From assembly GCF_963921235.1 (NCBI RefSeq), contig NC_086097.1, forward strand, positions 32,118,001 to 32,182,000: 64,000 nt of DNA. The letters run 5' to 3'. The notes beneath the pieces are model-generated. The model was given only the letters and a program-made list of their open reading frames with translations. It made no database searches and had not been told where the DNA came from. This document shows, in pieces, positions 48,401 to 61,262 of the stretch. The stretch's first letter is position 1. Each line of letters starts with the position of its first letter. Both the position numbers and the translations under genes were made by a program. Source of the DNA: Mobula hypostoma (taxonomy: Eukaryota).

Positions 48401-49676
48401 TGACTCTAAAATTTCTTCATTTATTTGGCAGAATAAGAATCCGAGACTGGGTAAAATACATTTATAGAAAGCTAAGAGAGATGGAGGTTTAGCATTACCT
48501 AACTTTAGATTCTATTATTGGGCTATTAATATTCGACATATGAAATTTTGGTTACTTGACCAGGACATACTATCTATTCCTAAATGGGTAGCATTGGAAT
48601 TACAATCTGTTCAGGGTTATACACTTGGTTCTATTTTAGGCTCCTCTCTCCCTTTTGATTCGAAACGTCTTAAGCAGGTCTCTAACCCGATAGTTAAATA
48701 TGCTTTGCGCATTTGGTTTCAATTCAGAAAATTTTTTGATCTTAATCAATTCGGGTTAGCGATTCCTATTTTAGGTAACATATTTTTTCCTCCCTCTTTT
48801 ACGGATCGCGCTTTTCAAACTTGGAAGACTAAGGGTATTTTACGGTTTTTGGATTTATTTTTAGATGGTTCCCTTATGTCTTTTGAACAATTATCTAATA
48901 AATATAACTTATCAAGAATACATTTTTTTAGATATTTACAAGTTAGAAATTTCCTAAGTACTATACTTTCTTCCTTTCCAATGCCTCCTCCTACATATAT
49001 TTTAGATTCGATAATTAACCTTAATCCATGTCAGAAAGGTGCATCGGCTATGATTTATAATATTATTATGAAACTTAGGAAAGCTCCATTTGATAAGATT
49101 AGGGTAGATTGGGAACAGGAATTGGGGCTTACCATTTCTGTGGATGATTGGGGGCAGATTTTACAATTAGTTAATACTTCCTCTATTTGTGCTAAACATT
49201 CCCTAATTCAATTTAAAGTGGTTCATAGAGCACATATGTCCAAAGATAAGTTAGCGCGTTTTTACTCGCATATTAATCCTTTCTGTGATAGATGTTCGGG
49301 GCAGATAGCCTCTTTAACTCATGTGTTTTGGTCTTGCCCTACTTTGGAAACTTTTTGGAGAGATATTTTCAATATTATTTCTAAGGTATTAAATATAGAT
49401 ATCTCTCCTCACCCTATTACTGCTATCTTTGGACTACCTAAAATTTCTAGTAATCTTTCCCCTTCAGCCCGTAGAATGATTGCATTTCTTACTTTAATGG
49501 CGAAAAGATGTATTTTACAACATTGGAAAGAGCTTAATGCTCCAACTACCTTTTTTTGGTTTTCTCAGACGATTTTATGTTTGAATTTGGAGAAAATTAG
49601 AAGTAACCTTTATGATTCTTCATTTAAATTTGAACAGATTTGGGGACCTTTTATTCGATATTTTCATTTAATGTAA
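48399..49676 (+). pseudogene. L1 ORF2 C-terminal part with CCHC knuckle
   Basis: VDSKISSFIWQNKNPR...GGLALPNF..YYWA, one TAG near 48465, CDRC...THVFWSC. Confidence 0.88.
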
Positions 49677-50143
49677 TATTTACCCTTCTTGTTTTTTTTT
49701 CACTGTTTTTAATGGAGGTCGGGATTGAGGACATGATTTTAAGTTTAACTCTGTTTGGTTTCAAGTTAGCCCATTGCTTTGCCTTGCTTTTAGTTAGCTG
49801 CACGGTGGGTTTTTTTGGGGGGTTTTTTTTCTTTTTTTTCCATTGATATATATAAAATTTAGTATACTATTATGTTATCTTGGTTTCTTATGTTTAAATT
49901 ACATTGTTTGTAGTATTTTCTTTTTGGTATTGATATCTTTTGGAATTTTATTATACTTTAACATTGTATTAATGTTTATATGGCTTACCTTTTTTGTATA
50001 CTTACTCAATAAAAAGATTTAAAAAGAAAAAAGATTTATAATCTACAGTATTTTATGTATTCCATTGTACTGCTGCAGTAAGGCAACAAATTTTATATCA
50101 TTTGTCAGTGATATTAAACCCGATTCTGATTCTATTCCCAATG

Positions 50144-51013
50144 GACTCCCTTGTCCATTCGTCCCCCCCATCCCTCCCCACCGATCTCCCTCCTGGCACT
50201 TATCCTTGTAAGCGGAACAAGTGCTACACATGCCCTTAGACTTCCTCCATCACCACCATTCAGGGCCCCAGACAGTCCTTCCAGGTGAGGCGACACTTCA
50301 CCTGTGAGTCGGCTGGAGTGATATACTGCGTCCGGTGCTCCCGATGCGGCCTTCTATATATTGGCGAGACCCGACACAGACCGGGAGACCGCTTTGCTGA
50401 ACACCTACGCTCTGTCCGCCAGAGAAAGTAGGATCTCCCAGTGGCCACACATTTTAATTCCACGTCCCATTCCCATTCAGATATGTCTGTCCACGGCCTC
50501 CTCTACTGTAAAGATGAAGCCACACTCAGATTGGAGAAACAACACCTTATATTCCGTCTGGGTAGCCTCCAACCTGATGGCATGAACATCGACTTCTCAA
50601 ACTTCTGCTAATGTCCCACCTCCCCCTCGTACCCTATCCATTATTTATTTATATACACACATTCTTTTTCTCTCTCTCCTTTTTCTCCCTCTGTCCCCTC
50701 TCACTATACCCCTTGCCCATCCTCCAGGCTTTTTCCCCCCTCCCCCTTTTCCTTCTCCCTAGGCCTCCTGTCCCATGATCCTCTCGTATCCCCTTTTGCC
50801 TATCACCTGTCCAGTTCTTGGCTCCATCCCTCCCCCTCCTGTCTTCTCCTATCATTTTGGATCTCCCCCTCCCCCTCCCACTTTCAAATCTCTTACTCAC
50901 TCTTCCTTCAGTTAGTCCTGACGAAAGGTTTCGGCCTGAAACGTCAACTGTACCTCTTCCTAGAGATGCTGCCTGGCCTGCTGCGCTCACCAGCAACTTT
51001 GATGTGTGTTGCT
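50144..51013 (+). mobile_element. 5'-truncated Penelope-like element (GIY-YIG remnant plus terminal repeat)
   Basis: Highly similar to 2810-3656; VIYCVRCSRCGLLYIGET motif. Confidence 0.9.
50909..50950 (+). ncRNA. Minimal type I hammerhead ribozyme motif
   Basis: CTGACGA 50918-50924, helix II AGGT-ttcg-GCCT, GAAA 50938-50941, CGTC; helix I imperfect. Confidence 0.72.
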
Positions 51014-51930
51014 GAAGAGAGGGGTTAAAGATATTGGTGAACACTCCAGCTAGTTGATCAGCACAGGTCTTTAGTACTCGGCTCGATACCATATTTGAGC
51101 CTGATGCTTTCCGTGGTGAAGGGTGGGAGTATTGGATGCTGAGCTGTAGTCAATGAAGAGCATCCCAATGTGCACATCTTCACTGCCCAGGTGCTCCAGG
51201 ATTGAGTGAAGAGCCAAAGAAATAGTATCGGCTGAAGGATGTTCTCATGTCGGCCTCAAAGACTGAAACCACAGGGCTGTTGGGGTCTGTGGGAGTTCAC
51301 GATGGTTCCTCAATGTTTTGATGGTCAGAGTGAGCTCATCTGGAAGCAAAGCACTATTGTCACCTATGTCACTTGGTTTCATGTTGTAGGAGGTAATAGC
51401 ATTCAAGCCCTGCCACAGCTGTCGAGCATCATTCAGTGATTCAAGTTTGGTCCAGCATTGACATTTGGCACGTGAGATGGTGCTCCTGGAGGTCACACCC
51501 GGAGCTCTTGTATTTTACTTGGTCGGCAGACTTGAATGCCACTGATGGGGCCCTCAGCAGATTGCAGATCTCATGTTCATCCAGGGTTTCTGGTTGGGGA
51601 AGACTCAATGATTTTGTGGGAACACACTCATCTACGACTGTTTTCATAAAGTCCATACAAGTATAGTATATTCATTCAGATCCTCCAAAGAGTCCTTGAA
51701 CACGGTCCAATCCACCGATTCGAATCAATCCCATAGGCACTTCCCTGCCTCCCACGACCACCTCTTTGTTGTCCTAGCTATTTAGCCTCTGCCTGTATGT
51801 AGGTAGAAGGACTGCCAAGTGATCAGATTTGCCAAAATGCAATCCAGGCATGGAATGGTAGCCATTCCTAATCATCGTGTAGCAGTGGTCAAGTGTGTTG
51901 GGATCCCTACTGCAGGTGATAAGTTGATGA
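51014..51930 (-). mobile_element. Decayed Rex1-type LINE fragment
   Basis: [47 protein letters not shown] remnants. Confidence 0.72.
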
Positions 51931-51944
51931 GATGATTGAGCAGA

Positions 51945-52895
51945 GATCTCCATGATAGCCTTCCTTGCTGTCCACTACACCCCCAATCTTGGTGTCATCT
52001 GCAAATCTGCCAATCCAGTTAACCACATTATCATCCAGATCATTGACATAGATGACAAACAACAAGTGACCCAGCACTGAATCCTGCAGCACTCCACTAG
52101 TCACAGGTCTCCAGTCAGAGAGGCAACCGTCTACTACCACTCTCACCTTCTCCCACAAAGCTAATGTCTAATCAAATTTACAACTCCTTCTGAATGCTGA
52201 GTGACTGAACCTTCTTCACCAGTCTCCCATGGAGTCCATGAAGGGAAGCCTGGTTTCCATGATGTGCTGAGTTTTAACCTAACTCAAAGATCAATCTAAC
52301 TTGTCCATCCCACACTGCCCTCATTTTTTTATCATCCATGTGCCTACCTAGTTTCTTAAATACCTCTACCACCACTCACCCCTAGCAGGGTATTCCACAC
52401 ACTTATCATTCTCTGTATATTAAAAAAAAAACCCTCTAACATCCCACTTACACTTTTTTCCAATCACCTTAAAATTATGCCCTCTCATATTAGCCATTTC
52501 CACCCTGGAAAATATCTCTGGCTATCCGCTTGATCTGCGGCTCTTTTCATCTTGCACATCTCTGTCAAGTCACCTCACATCTTCCTTCACTACAAAGAAA
52601 AACCCGAGCTCGTTCAACCTATCCTCATAAGCCAATGCGCTCCAATCCAGGCAGCATCCTGGTAAATCTCCTCTGCATCCTCTCTAAAGCTTCTACATCC
52701 TTCCTATAATGAGGTGGTCAGAACTGAGCACAGTATTCCAAGAGTGGTCTCACCAGAGTTTTATAGCGCTGCAGTATTACCTCGCTAACAACCCTATCAA
52801 CTTGCCTAATGAAGGCCAACATACTGTACACCTTCTTAACAACCCCATTAACTTGCAGATCAACTTTGAGGAAACAATGGACATGGACCCCAAGA
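51945..52895 (-). mobile_element. CR1 fragments
   Basis: WRPVTSGVLQDSVLG...FADDTKIGG and YKTLVRPLLEYCAQF remnants. Confidence 0.75.
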
Positions 52896-52981
52896 TCTAC
52901 AACCCACACTTGCACAATTAGTGCCCCTGTGGAGTCTCCCTCTGGGGAAGGGTCTGAGGTGTAGCGAGGGCTGTGAGTTAC

Positions 52982-53083
52982 CTGCAGCTGTTCATCCAGA
53001 CTGCAGCCTGGAGACTCCAATAGTTGATGCTGCACAGTCATTCTCCTCTCTGACAACGCAGCCTGTAGCTGTTTCAGCTTCAC
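52982..53083 (-). CDS. SYNE2: Nesprin exon (VKLKQLQAAL...DEQLQ), 34 aa
   Basis: Acceptor ctgctacag, donor GTAACT, 102 nt, phase 0/0. Confidence 0.75.
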
Positions 53084-53260
53084 CTGTAGCAGGAACATAC
53101 AAACCAACAAAGAATGGCAGTTTAGCAGTTAGCGTAATGCTTTACAGTGCTTGTAATCAGGGTTCAATTCCTGCCACTGTCTGCAAGGAGTTTGTTCTCC
53201 CTGTGACCGTGTGGATTTCCTCTGGGTGTTCCAGTTTCCTCCCACAATCCAAAGACGTAC

Positions 53261-55761
53261 ATATAACCATATAACCATTACAGCACGGTAACAGGCCATC
53301 TCGGCCCTTCTAGTCCGTGCCAAACTCTTGCTCTCACCTAGTCCCACCGACCTGCACTCAGCCCATAACCCTCCATTCCCTTCCTGTCCATATAGCTATC
53401 CAATTTAACTTTAAATGACATCATCGAACCTACCTCAACCAGTTCTGTTGGAAGCTCGTTCCACACAGCTACCACCTCATGTTACCCCTAAACTTTTGCC
53501 CTTTAACTCTCAACTCATGTCCTCTTGTTTGAATCTCCCCTACTCTCAATGGAAAAAGCCTATCCACATCAACTCTATCTATCCCCCTCATAATTTTAAA
53601 CACCTCTATCAAGTCCCCTCTCAACCTTCTACGCTCCAAAGAATAAAGACCCAACTTGTTCAACCTTTCTCTGTAACTTAGGAGATGAAACCCAGGTAAC
53701 TTTATATTAAATCTCCTCTGTACTCTCTCAATTTTGTTGACATCTTTCCTATAAGTCGGTGACCAGAACTGTACACAATACTCCAAATTTGGCCTTACCA
53801 ATGCCTTGTACAATTTCAACATTACATCCCAACTCCTATACTCAATGCTTTGATTTATAAAGACCAGCATACCAAAAACTTTCTTCACCACCCTATCCAC
53901 ATGAGATTCCACCTTCAGGGAACTCTGTACCATTATTCCTAGATCCCTCTGTTCTACTGCATTTCTTCAATGCCCTACCATTTACCATGTATGTCCTATT
54001 TTGATTAAAATGTAGCACCTCACATTTATCAGCATTAAACTCCATCTGCCATCTTTCAGCCCACTCTTCTAACTGGCCTAAATCTCTCTGCAAGCTTTGA
54101 AAACCTACTTCATCATCCACAACGCCACCTATCTTAGTATCATCTGCATACTTACTCATCCAATTTACCACCCCATCATCCAGATCATTAATATATATGA
54201 TAAACAACATTGGACCCAGTACAGACCCCTGAGGCACACCACTAGTCACCGGCCTCCAATCTGACGAACAGTTATCCACCACTACTCTCTGGCGTCTCCC
54301 ATCCAGCCACTACTGAATCCATTTTACTACTTCAATATTAATACCTAACGATTGAACCTTCCTGACTAACCTTCCATGTGGAACCTTGTCAAAGGCCTTA
54401 CTGAAGTCGATATAGATAACATCCACCACTTTACCCTCCTCAACTTTCCTAGTAACCTCTTCAACAAATTCAATAAGATTTGTCAAACATGACTTTCCAC
54501 GCACAAATCCATGTTGACTGTTCCTAATCAGACCCTGTCTATCCAAATAATTATATATACCATCTCTAAGAATACTTTCCATCAATTTACCCACCACTGA
54601 CATCAAACTCACAGGCTGATAATTGCTAAGTTTACTCTTAGAACCCTTTTTAAACAATGGAACAACATGAGCAATACGCCAATCCTCCGGCACCATCCCC
54701 GTTTCTAACGACATTTGAAATATTTCTGTCAGAGCCCCTGCTATTTCCACACTAACTTCCCTCAAGGTCCTAGGGAATATCCTGTCAGGACCCGGAGACT
54801 TATCCACTTTTATATTCCTTAAAAGCGCCAGTACTTCCTCTTCTTTAATCATCATAGTTTCCATAACTACCCTACTTGTTTCCCTTACCTTATACAATTC
54901 AATATCCTTTTCTTTAGTGAATACTGCAGAAAAGAAATTGTTCAAAATCTCTCCCATCTCTTTTGGCTCCGCACATAGCCACCCACTCTGATTCTCTAAG
55001 GGACCAATTTTATCTCTCACTATCCTTTTGCTATTAATATAACTGTAGAAACCCTTGGGATTTATTTTCACCTTACTTGCCAAGGCAACCTTATATCTTC
55101 TTTTAGCTTTTCTAATTTCTTTCTTAAGATTCTTTTTATATTCTTTTTATTCCTTGAGCACCTCATTAACTCCAAGCTGCCTATATTTATTGTAGATATC
55201 TCTCTTTTTCCGAACCAAGTTTCCAATATCCCTTGAAAACCATGGCTCTCTCAAACTTTTAACCTTTCCCTTCAACCTAACAGGAACATAAAGATTCTGT
55301 ACCCTCAAACTTTCACCTTTAAATGACCTCCATTTCTCTATTACATCCTTCCCATAAAACAAATTGTCCCAATCCACTCCTTCTAAATCCTTTCGCATCT
55401 CCTCAAAGTTAGCCTTTCTCCAATCAAAAATCTCAACTCTGGGTCCAGTCCTATCCTTCTCTATAATTATTTTGAAACTAATGGCATTGTGATCACTGGA
55501 CCCGAAGTGCTCCCCAACACAAACCTCCGTCACCTGACCTATCTCATTCCCTAACAGGAGATCCAACACTGCCCCTTCTCTAGTTGGTGGCTCTATGTAT
55601 TGCTGCGAAAAACTATCTGCACACATTTTACAAACTCCAAACCATCCAGCCCTTTTACAGAATGGGTTCCCCGGTCTATGTGTGGAAAATTCAAATCTCC
55701 CACAATCACAACCTTGTGCTTACTACAAATATCTGCTATCTCCTTATAAGTTTGCTCCTCC
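53261..55761 (-). mobile_element. 5'-truncated CR1 LINE (2.5 kb, ORF2 broken), inserted in a V-SINE (about 53113-53260 plus 55762-55900)
   Basis: Consecutive ORF pieces 53469-55626 parallel the 1013-aa ORF2; YADD motif; the SINE rejoins as GACGTAC/AGGTTAG. Confidence 0.92.
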
Positions 55762-56129
55762 AGGTTAGGGTTAGTGAGTTGTGGGCATGCTGTGTTGGTG
55801 CCGGAAGCACGGTGACACTTGCAGGCTGCCCCCAGCACGTCCTCAAACTGTGTTGGTTGTTGACACAAACAGTGCATTTCACTGTATGTTTCAGTGTACT
55901 TTATTTTCTAAACTTTTCTTATCAATGTGCTTATCCCTCTTTCATCTTAAACTCTGCCCACTAGCATTTGACATTTCTACTCCATTATATAAACTTCTAT
56001 CAGCTCTTGTTTTGCTTTATTTCTTATTGTGACTTGAAGTAATTTTTATGCTTTGCTCTGTGTAGTTGTCACAAAACAACAAATTTCACGACAAATGTCA
56101 GAGATAATGAACTTGATTCTGATTCGGAC

Positions 56130-57967
56130 TGCTGGAAAATGACACTGGTCGACACCGGGAGACAAAGAAATGGCCAATGACTGAGTAACTTTTTTGCGTC
56201 AGTCTTCACTGTAGAAGACAGTGGCAGAATGCCAGAAATTCGAGAGTGTCAGGGGCAGAAGTGAGTGTCGTTACTATTACTAAGGTGGTGCTTGGGAAGC
56301 TGAAAGATCTGAAGGTAGATAAGTCACCTGGACCAGATGGACTACACTGTAGGGTACTGAAAGAGGTAGCAGAAGAGATTGTGGAGGCATTAATAATGAT
56401 CTTTCAAGAATCACTAGATTCTGGAATGGCTCCAGAGAACTGGAAGATTTCAAATGTCACTCCACTCTTCAAGAAGGAAGAGAGGCCGAAGAAAGTAAAT
56501 TATAGGCCAGTTAGCCTGACTTCAGTGGTTGGAAAGATGTTGAAGTCAGGGGAACTCAGCAGGTCGGGCAGCATCAGTGGAAACGATGAGTCGACTCATT
56601 GTTTCCAGTGATGCTGCCCGACCTGCTGAGTTCCTCCAGCGTGCTGTGAGTGTTGTTTTGATCCCAGCATCTGCAGATTATTTTGTGTTGAAGTCAGGGA
56701 ACTTGAAGACACATGACAAAATAGGCCAAAATCAGCAAGGTTTCCTTAAGGAATTTGTTTGAATTCTTTGAGGAAATAACAGGCAGGATAGACAAAGGAG
56801 AGTCAGTGGATTTTTTTTGGATTTTCAGTAGGCCTTTAAGCATTTGCTTAACAAGATGAGAGCCAATGGTATTACAGGCAAGGTGCGAGCAGGAATAGAA
56901 GATTGGCTAACTGGCAGGAAGCAAAGAATGAGAATAGAGGAGGCCTTTTCTGATTGGCTGCTGGTGACTAGTGGTATTTGGTATTCACAGGGGTCAGTGT
57001 TGGGACTGCTTCTGTATGCATTATATGGTTTGGATGAAGGAATTGATGGCTTTGTGGCCAAGTTTGCAGATGATACAATAATAAGTGGAGGAGCAGGTGG
57101 TGTTGAGGAAGCGATGACTCTGCAGAAGGACCTAGGCAGATTTGGGGAATAGGTAAAGAAATAGCATATAGTGCAGGGGAGTGTATGGTCATGCACTTAG
57201 GGAGAAGGAATAAAGGCATGGATTATTTTGTAAATGGGGAGAAAATTCAAAAATCAGAGGTGCAAAGGGACTTGGCAGTCCTTGTGCAGGATTCCCTAAA
57301 GGTCAACTTCCAGGTTGAGCTGATGGTAAAGGCAAATACGATGATCTCATGCATTTCCAGAGGACTAGAACACAAAGCAAAAATGTAATGCTGAGAATTT
57401 ATAAGGCACTGGTCAGACCTCATTTGGAGTACTGTGAGCAGTTTTGGGCCCCTTATATAGGGAAAGATGTGCTGGGATTGGAGAGGGTCCAGAGAAGATT
57501 CACGAGAAAGACCCCAGAAATGAAAGGAGCATTTGATGGCTCTGGGCTTGTACTAGCTGGTGTTTAAAAGAAGGAAGGAGATTTCATTGAAACATATTGA
57601 ATATTGAAAGGACTAGATAGATTGCATGTGGAGAGGATGTTTCCTGTAGAGGGGGAGTCTAGGACCAGAGGGCACACCCTCAGAATTGAGGTACATCCAT
57701 TTACAACAGAGATGAGGAAAAATTTCTTCAGCCAGAGGGAGGTGAATCTGTGGAATTCATTGCCACAGACAGCTGTGCAGGCCAAGTCATTGGGTATATT
57801 TAAGGCAGAGGGTGATAAGTTCTTGATTAATCATGGTGTCAAAGGTTACAGGGGGAAGGCAGAAGAATGGGGTCGAGAGGGATAATAAATCAGCATGATG
57901 GAATGGCGGAGCAGATTCAACGGGCCAAATGGTCCAATTCTGCTTCTATTTCTTATGGTCGTATGGC
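56130..57967 (+). mobile_element. Decayed CR1 LINE (RT and 3' end)
   Basis: KSPGPDGLH, NYRPVSLTS, SQGSVLG, KFADD, LVRPHLEYCEQFW remnants. Confidence 0.88.
56552..56685. mobile_element. Fold-back PLE terminal-repeat mini-insertion inside the CR1
   Basis: 42-bp arms 56551-56592 and 56593-56634 (2 mismatches, no spacer); 14-bp duplication TGTTGAAGTCAGGG at 56538-56551 and 56686-56699. Confidence 0.82.
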
Positions 57968-58675
57968 CTTTGGTTAGCATAGATGTGTTGGGCCAAATGG
58001 TCTGTTTATGTGATGCGTGACTCTGTGAGGTCCCTCAGCTTTCTCCACTCCAGGGAACAGAGTCTATTCAGTGCCAGAATCATTATAACGTACAGGTGTC
58101 ATGAAGTTTGCTGTTTTGTGAGAGCAGTACAGTGCAAGGACAAAAGAAAAATATCATAAAGTACAAAATTAAATTAATAAATAGTATAAAAGACACATGC
58201 AAATTGCTGGAGGAACGCAGCAAGTCAGACAGAATCTATGAAAGGAAAAGTTTATTCCTCACTATGAATGTTGCCTGACCTGCTGAGATCCTCCAGCATT
58301 TTGTTTGTGTCGCTCAAGATCTCCAGTATCTGCGGAAACTCTTGTGTTTATGATTTCCTGAGTTATTGTGTGGGTCCTCAGGTGAGCTCTCTGCTCCCAG
58401 CTGAGCCTTAGGGTGGAAAGGAACAGCACAACCATAGTCACCTTCCCTCTGAGTCCATGCTAATCCACTGAAACTGCTCTAAGATTCCCCTGTCACTGTC
58501 CCTCTCACCCACACTGACCTGAGGCCTGACTGGAAGAGTCACTGTCAGGTGTAGTGGAGCCTGACCACAGCCAACAGGGTTGGGAAGAATTTGTCCCTCC
58601 CTCTGTCTCTGGGACACAAGCAGCGAGGGTTTCTCCTCCCTGACCACACCAGCTCATCAGTGCCCCCACCATTAC

Positions 58676-58867
58676 CTGGCACTCAGAGGCGTGGTCCACA
58701 TTGGCACGCAGCGAGTGGGTGAGCAGGCAGCCACTGCGGATGAACAGCCCAAGCCGGTTGTGTAGGTCCAATAGGGAGCCCCGAGCCTCGGTACAGTTGA
58801 AGGCGTCCGACTGCCCCAGCGCCTTGACTTCCTCCGCCATGTCCTGGCAAGCTGTCTCCAGCAGTAC
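58676..58867 (-). CDS. SYNE2: Nesprin exon (VLLETACQD...HASECQ), 64 aa
   Basis: Acceptor gtgtcacag, donor GTAATG, 192 nt, phase 0/0. Confidence 0.8.
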
Positions 58868-58935
58868 CTGTGACACAGGGGATCTCGTCAATGCCTGTCT
58901 TACCACCCCTCCAGCAACAGCCCTGGGTCAAACTG

Positions 58936-60010
58936 CAACTGAGGGAGGGGTCGTACTGAGGGAGCATCGGTAATGAGGCAGGGTCACACTGTGGGAGCGT
59001 CGGTAATGAGAGAGGGTCACACTGTGGGAGCGTCGGTAATGAGGGAGGGTCACACTGTGGGAGCGTCGGTAATGAGGGAGGGTCACACTGTGGGAGCAGC
59101 AGTAATGAGGGAGGGTCACACTGTGGGAGCGTTGGTAATGAGAGAGGGTCACACTGTGGGAGCGTCGGTAATGAGGGAGGGTCACACTGTGGGAGCAGCA
59201 GTAATGAGGGAGGGTCACACTGTGGGAGCGTCGGTAATGAGGGAGGGTCACACTGTGGGAGCATCGGTAATGAGAGAGGGTCACCCTGTGGGAGCAGCAG
59301 TAATGAGGGAGGGTCACACTGTGGGAGCGTCGGTAATGATAGAGGGTCACACTGTGGGAGTGTCGGTAATGAGGGAGGGTCACACTGTGGGAGCAGTGGT
59401 AATAAGGGAGGGTCACACTGTGGGAGAGGAGGTACTGAGGGAGGGTCACACTGTGGGAGCGTCGGTAATGAGGGAGGGTCACACTGTGGGAGCGTCGGTA
59501 ATGAGGGAGGGTCACACTGTGGGAGCAGCAGTAATGAGGGAGGGTCACACTGTGTGAGCATCGGTAATGAGAGAGGGTCACACTGTGGGAGCAGCGGTAA
59601 TAAGGGAGGGTCACACTGTGGGAGAGGAGGTACTGAGGGAGGGTCACACTGTGGGAGAGGAGGTACTGAGGGAGGGTCACTGTGGGAGCATCAGTAATGA
59701 GGGAGGGTCACACAGTGGGAGCGTCAGTAATGAGGGAGGGTCACACTGTGGGAGCAGCAGTAATGAGGGAGGATCACACTGTGGGAGCATCGGTAATGAG
59801 GGAGGGTCACACTGTGGGAGAGGAGGTAATGAGGGAGGGTCACACTGTGGGAGAGGAGGTACTGAGAGAGGGTCACACTGTGGGAGAGGAGGTAATGAGG
59901 GAGGGTCACACTATGGGAGAGGAGGTACTGAGGGAGGGTCACACTGTGGGAGCATCGGTAATGAGGGAGGGTCACACTGTGGGAGCAGCAGTACCGAGAG
60001 AGGGTCACAT
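58936..60010. repeat. 33-bp minisatellite, about 32 copies (GGGAGCGTCGGTAATGAGGGAGGGTCACACTGT)
   Basis: Direct tandem units with recurring variants (GCGTCG, GCAGCA, GAGGAG); starts about 70 bp upstream of the acceptor at 58868. Confidence 0.95.
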
Positions 60011-60044
60011 TGCAGCAGGGGCACACTGAGGGATGGATGGTACT

Positions 60045-60215
60045 GTAGAGGGAGCACACGGTCATGGCGGGCACATTGGGGGATTTCCGTGAGCAGTGGC
60101 TCCCCCCGCAGTATAGACTGTTTTATAGACGGTAGTAACCGTATAGAAATTTGAGTATAACTACTATCTTGTAAATATTGTTTGTCTTGTGTCTGTGTGT
60201 TGTAAATAAACTTCT
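60045..60215 (+). mobile_element. Possible Tx1-type LINE 3' end
   Basis: REHTVMAGTLGDFREQWLP-like peptide followed by a T-rich UTR and AATAAA; weak. Confidence 0.4.
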
Positions 60216-60649
60216 ATAGCTTTGATACAAAACAAAGGATGGTACCGTGGGGGGGGGGGTGGTACCGGGGGGTAGTTACATTGTGGGAGGGTGGGAGGGA
60301 CAGCTCCTGCGGGGTTTGACTATAAACTAAAGATTCACGTGCATTCTCAACACAGGCCATTCAATAAACTTCAGCCCATATACAGAAGAACAGGCATAAA
60401 TGGTCACTGATACCTCACAGCCATTGAATGATTTTTAAAAAAGTCTCCACAGAAACCAAGGCCAAACGCAATACTGCGTGGATCACACCATGGGAATTAA
60501 GGCCACGCTCCGTGGCAACCTTCAGCCCCACAGTAATGGCAGTGAGTGACTGAGCCACTGATCAGAATCAGTCTAGCTGCGACTAGTGTGTCTCTCTCTG
60601 GATGGACCCCAGAGATCCCCCAGATGTCAAACAACACAACTTAAGTCAG

Positions 60650-61262
60650 TACATGGTGTGTTGGCCTTCATCAGTTGGCGCATTGAATTCAAGAGCAACG
60701 AGGTAATGTTCCAACTCTATAAAAGTCTGGTAAGATGACACTTGGAGCATCGTGTTCAGTTCTGTCACCTCATTATAAGAGAGATGTGGAAGCTTTTGAG
60801 AAGGTGCAGAGATTTACCAGGATGCTGCCTGGACTGGAGAGCATGTCTTATGGGGGCAAGTTAGGTGAGTGAGGACTTTTCTTTTAAGAGCCAAGGAGAA
60901 TTAGAGGTTGCTTGATGGAGATGTACGAGATAATAAGAGGCACAGACTGAGTGGACAGCCAATATCGTCTTTCCTGGAACAGAAATGGGTAAAACCAGAG
61001 GACATACATTTAAGATGAATGGAAGAAAGTTTAAGGAAGATGTAAGAGGTAGTTTTTTTTTTCCTTTTTACACAGAGGGTGGTGAGTGCATGGAACACAC
61101 TGCCAGGGGTGGTGGTAGAGGCAAATACATTCGGGGCATTTGAGAAACTCTTAGATGAGCACATGGATGACAGAAAAATGGAGAGCTGTGTAGGAGGGAG
61201 AGGTTAAAAGGTTGGCACAACATTGTGGGCCAAAGGGCCTGTACTGTACTGTAATGTTCTAT
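60650..61262 (+). mobile_element. CR1 3' fragment
   Basis: Decayed copy of the CR1 C-terminus and 3' UTR. Confidence 0.72.

Larger units (their letters stand above)
46758..50032 (+). mobile_element. 5'-truncated, 5'-inverted L1-clade LINE
   Basis: 15-bp TSD GATTTATAATCTACA (46743-46757, 50033-50047); AATAAA and A-rich tail; minus segment 46758-48400, plus segment 48398-50032. Confidence 0.92.

Noticed and set aside
58683..60154. Long repetitive ORFs on both strands, and a CRISPR-like look
   Set aside because: They arise from a 33-bp tandem unit. There are no unique spacers or cas genes, and the context is a vertebrate intron.
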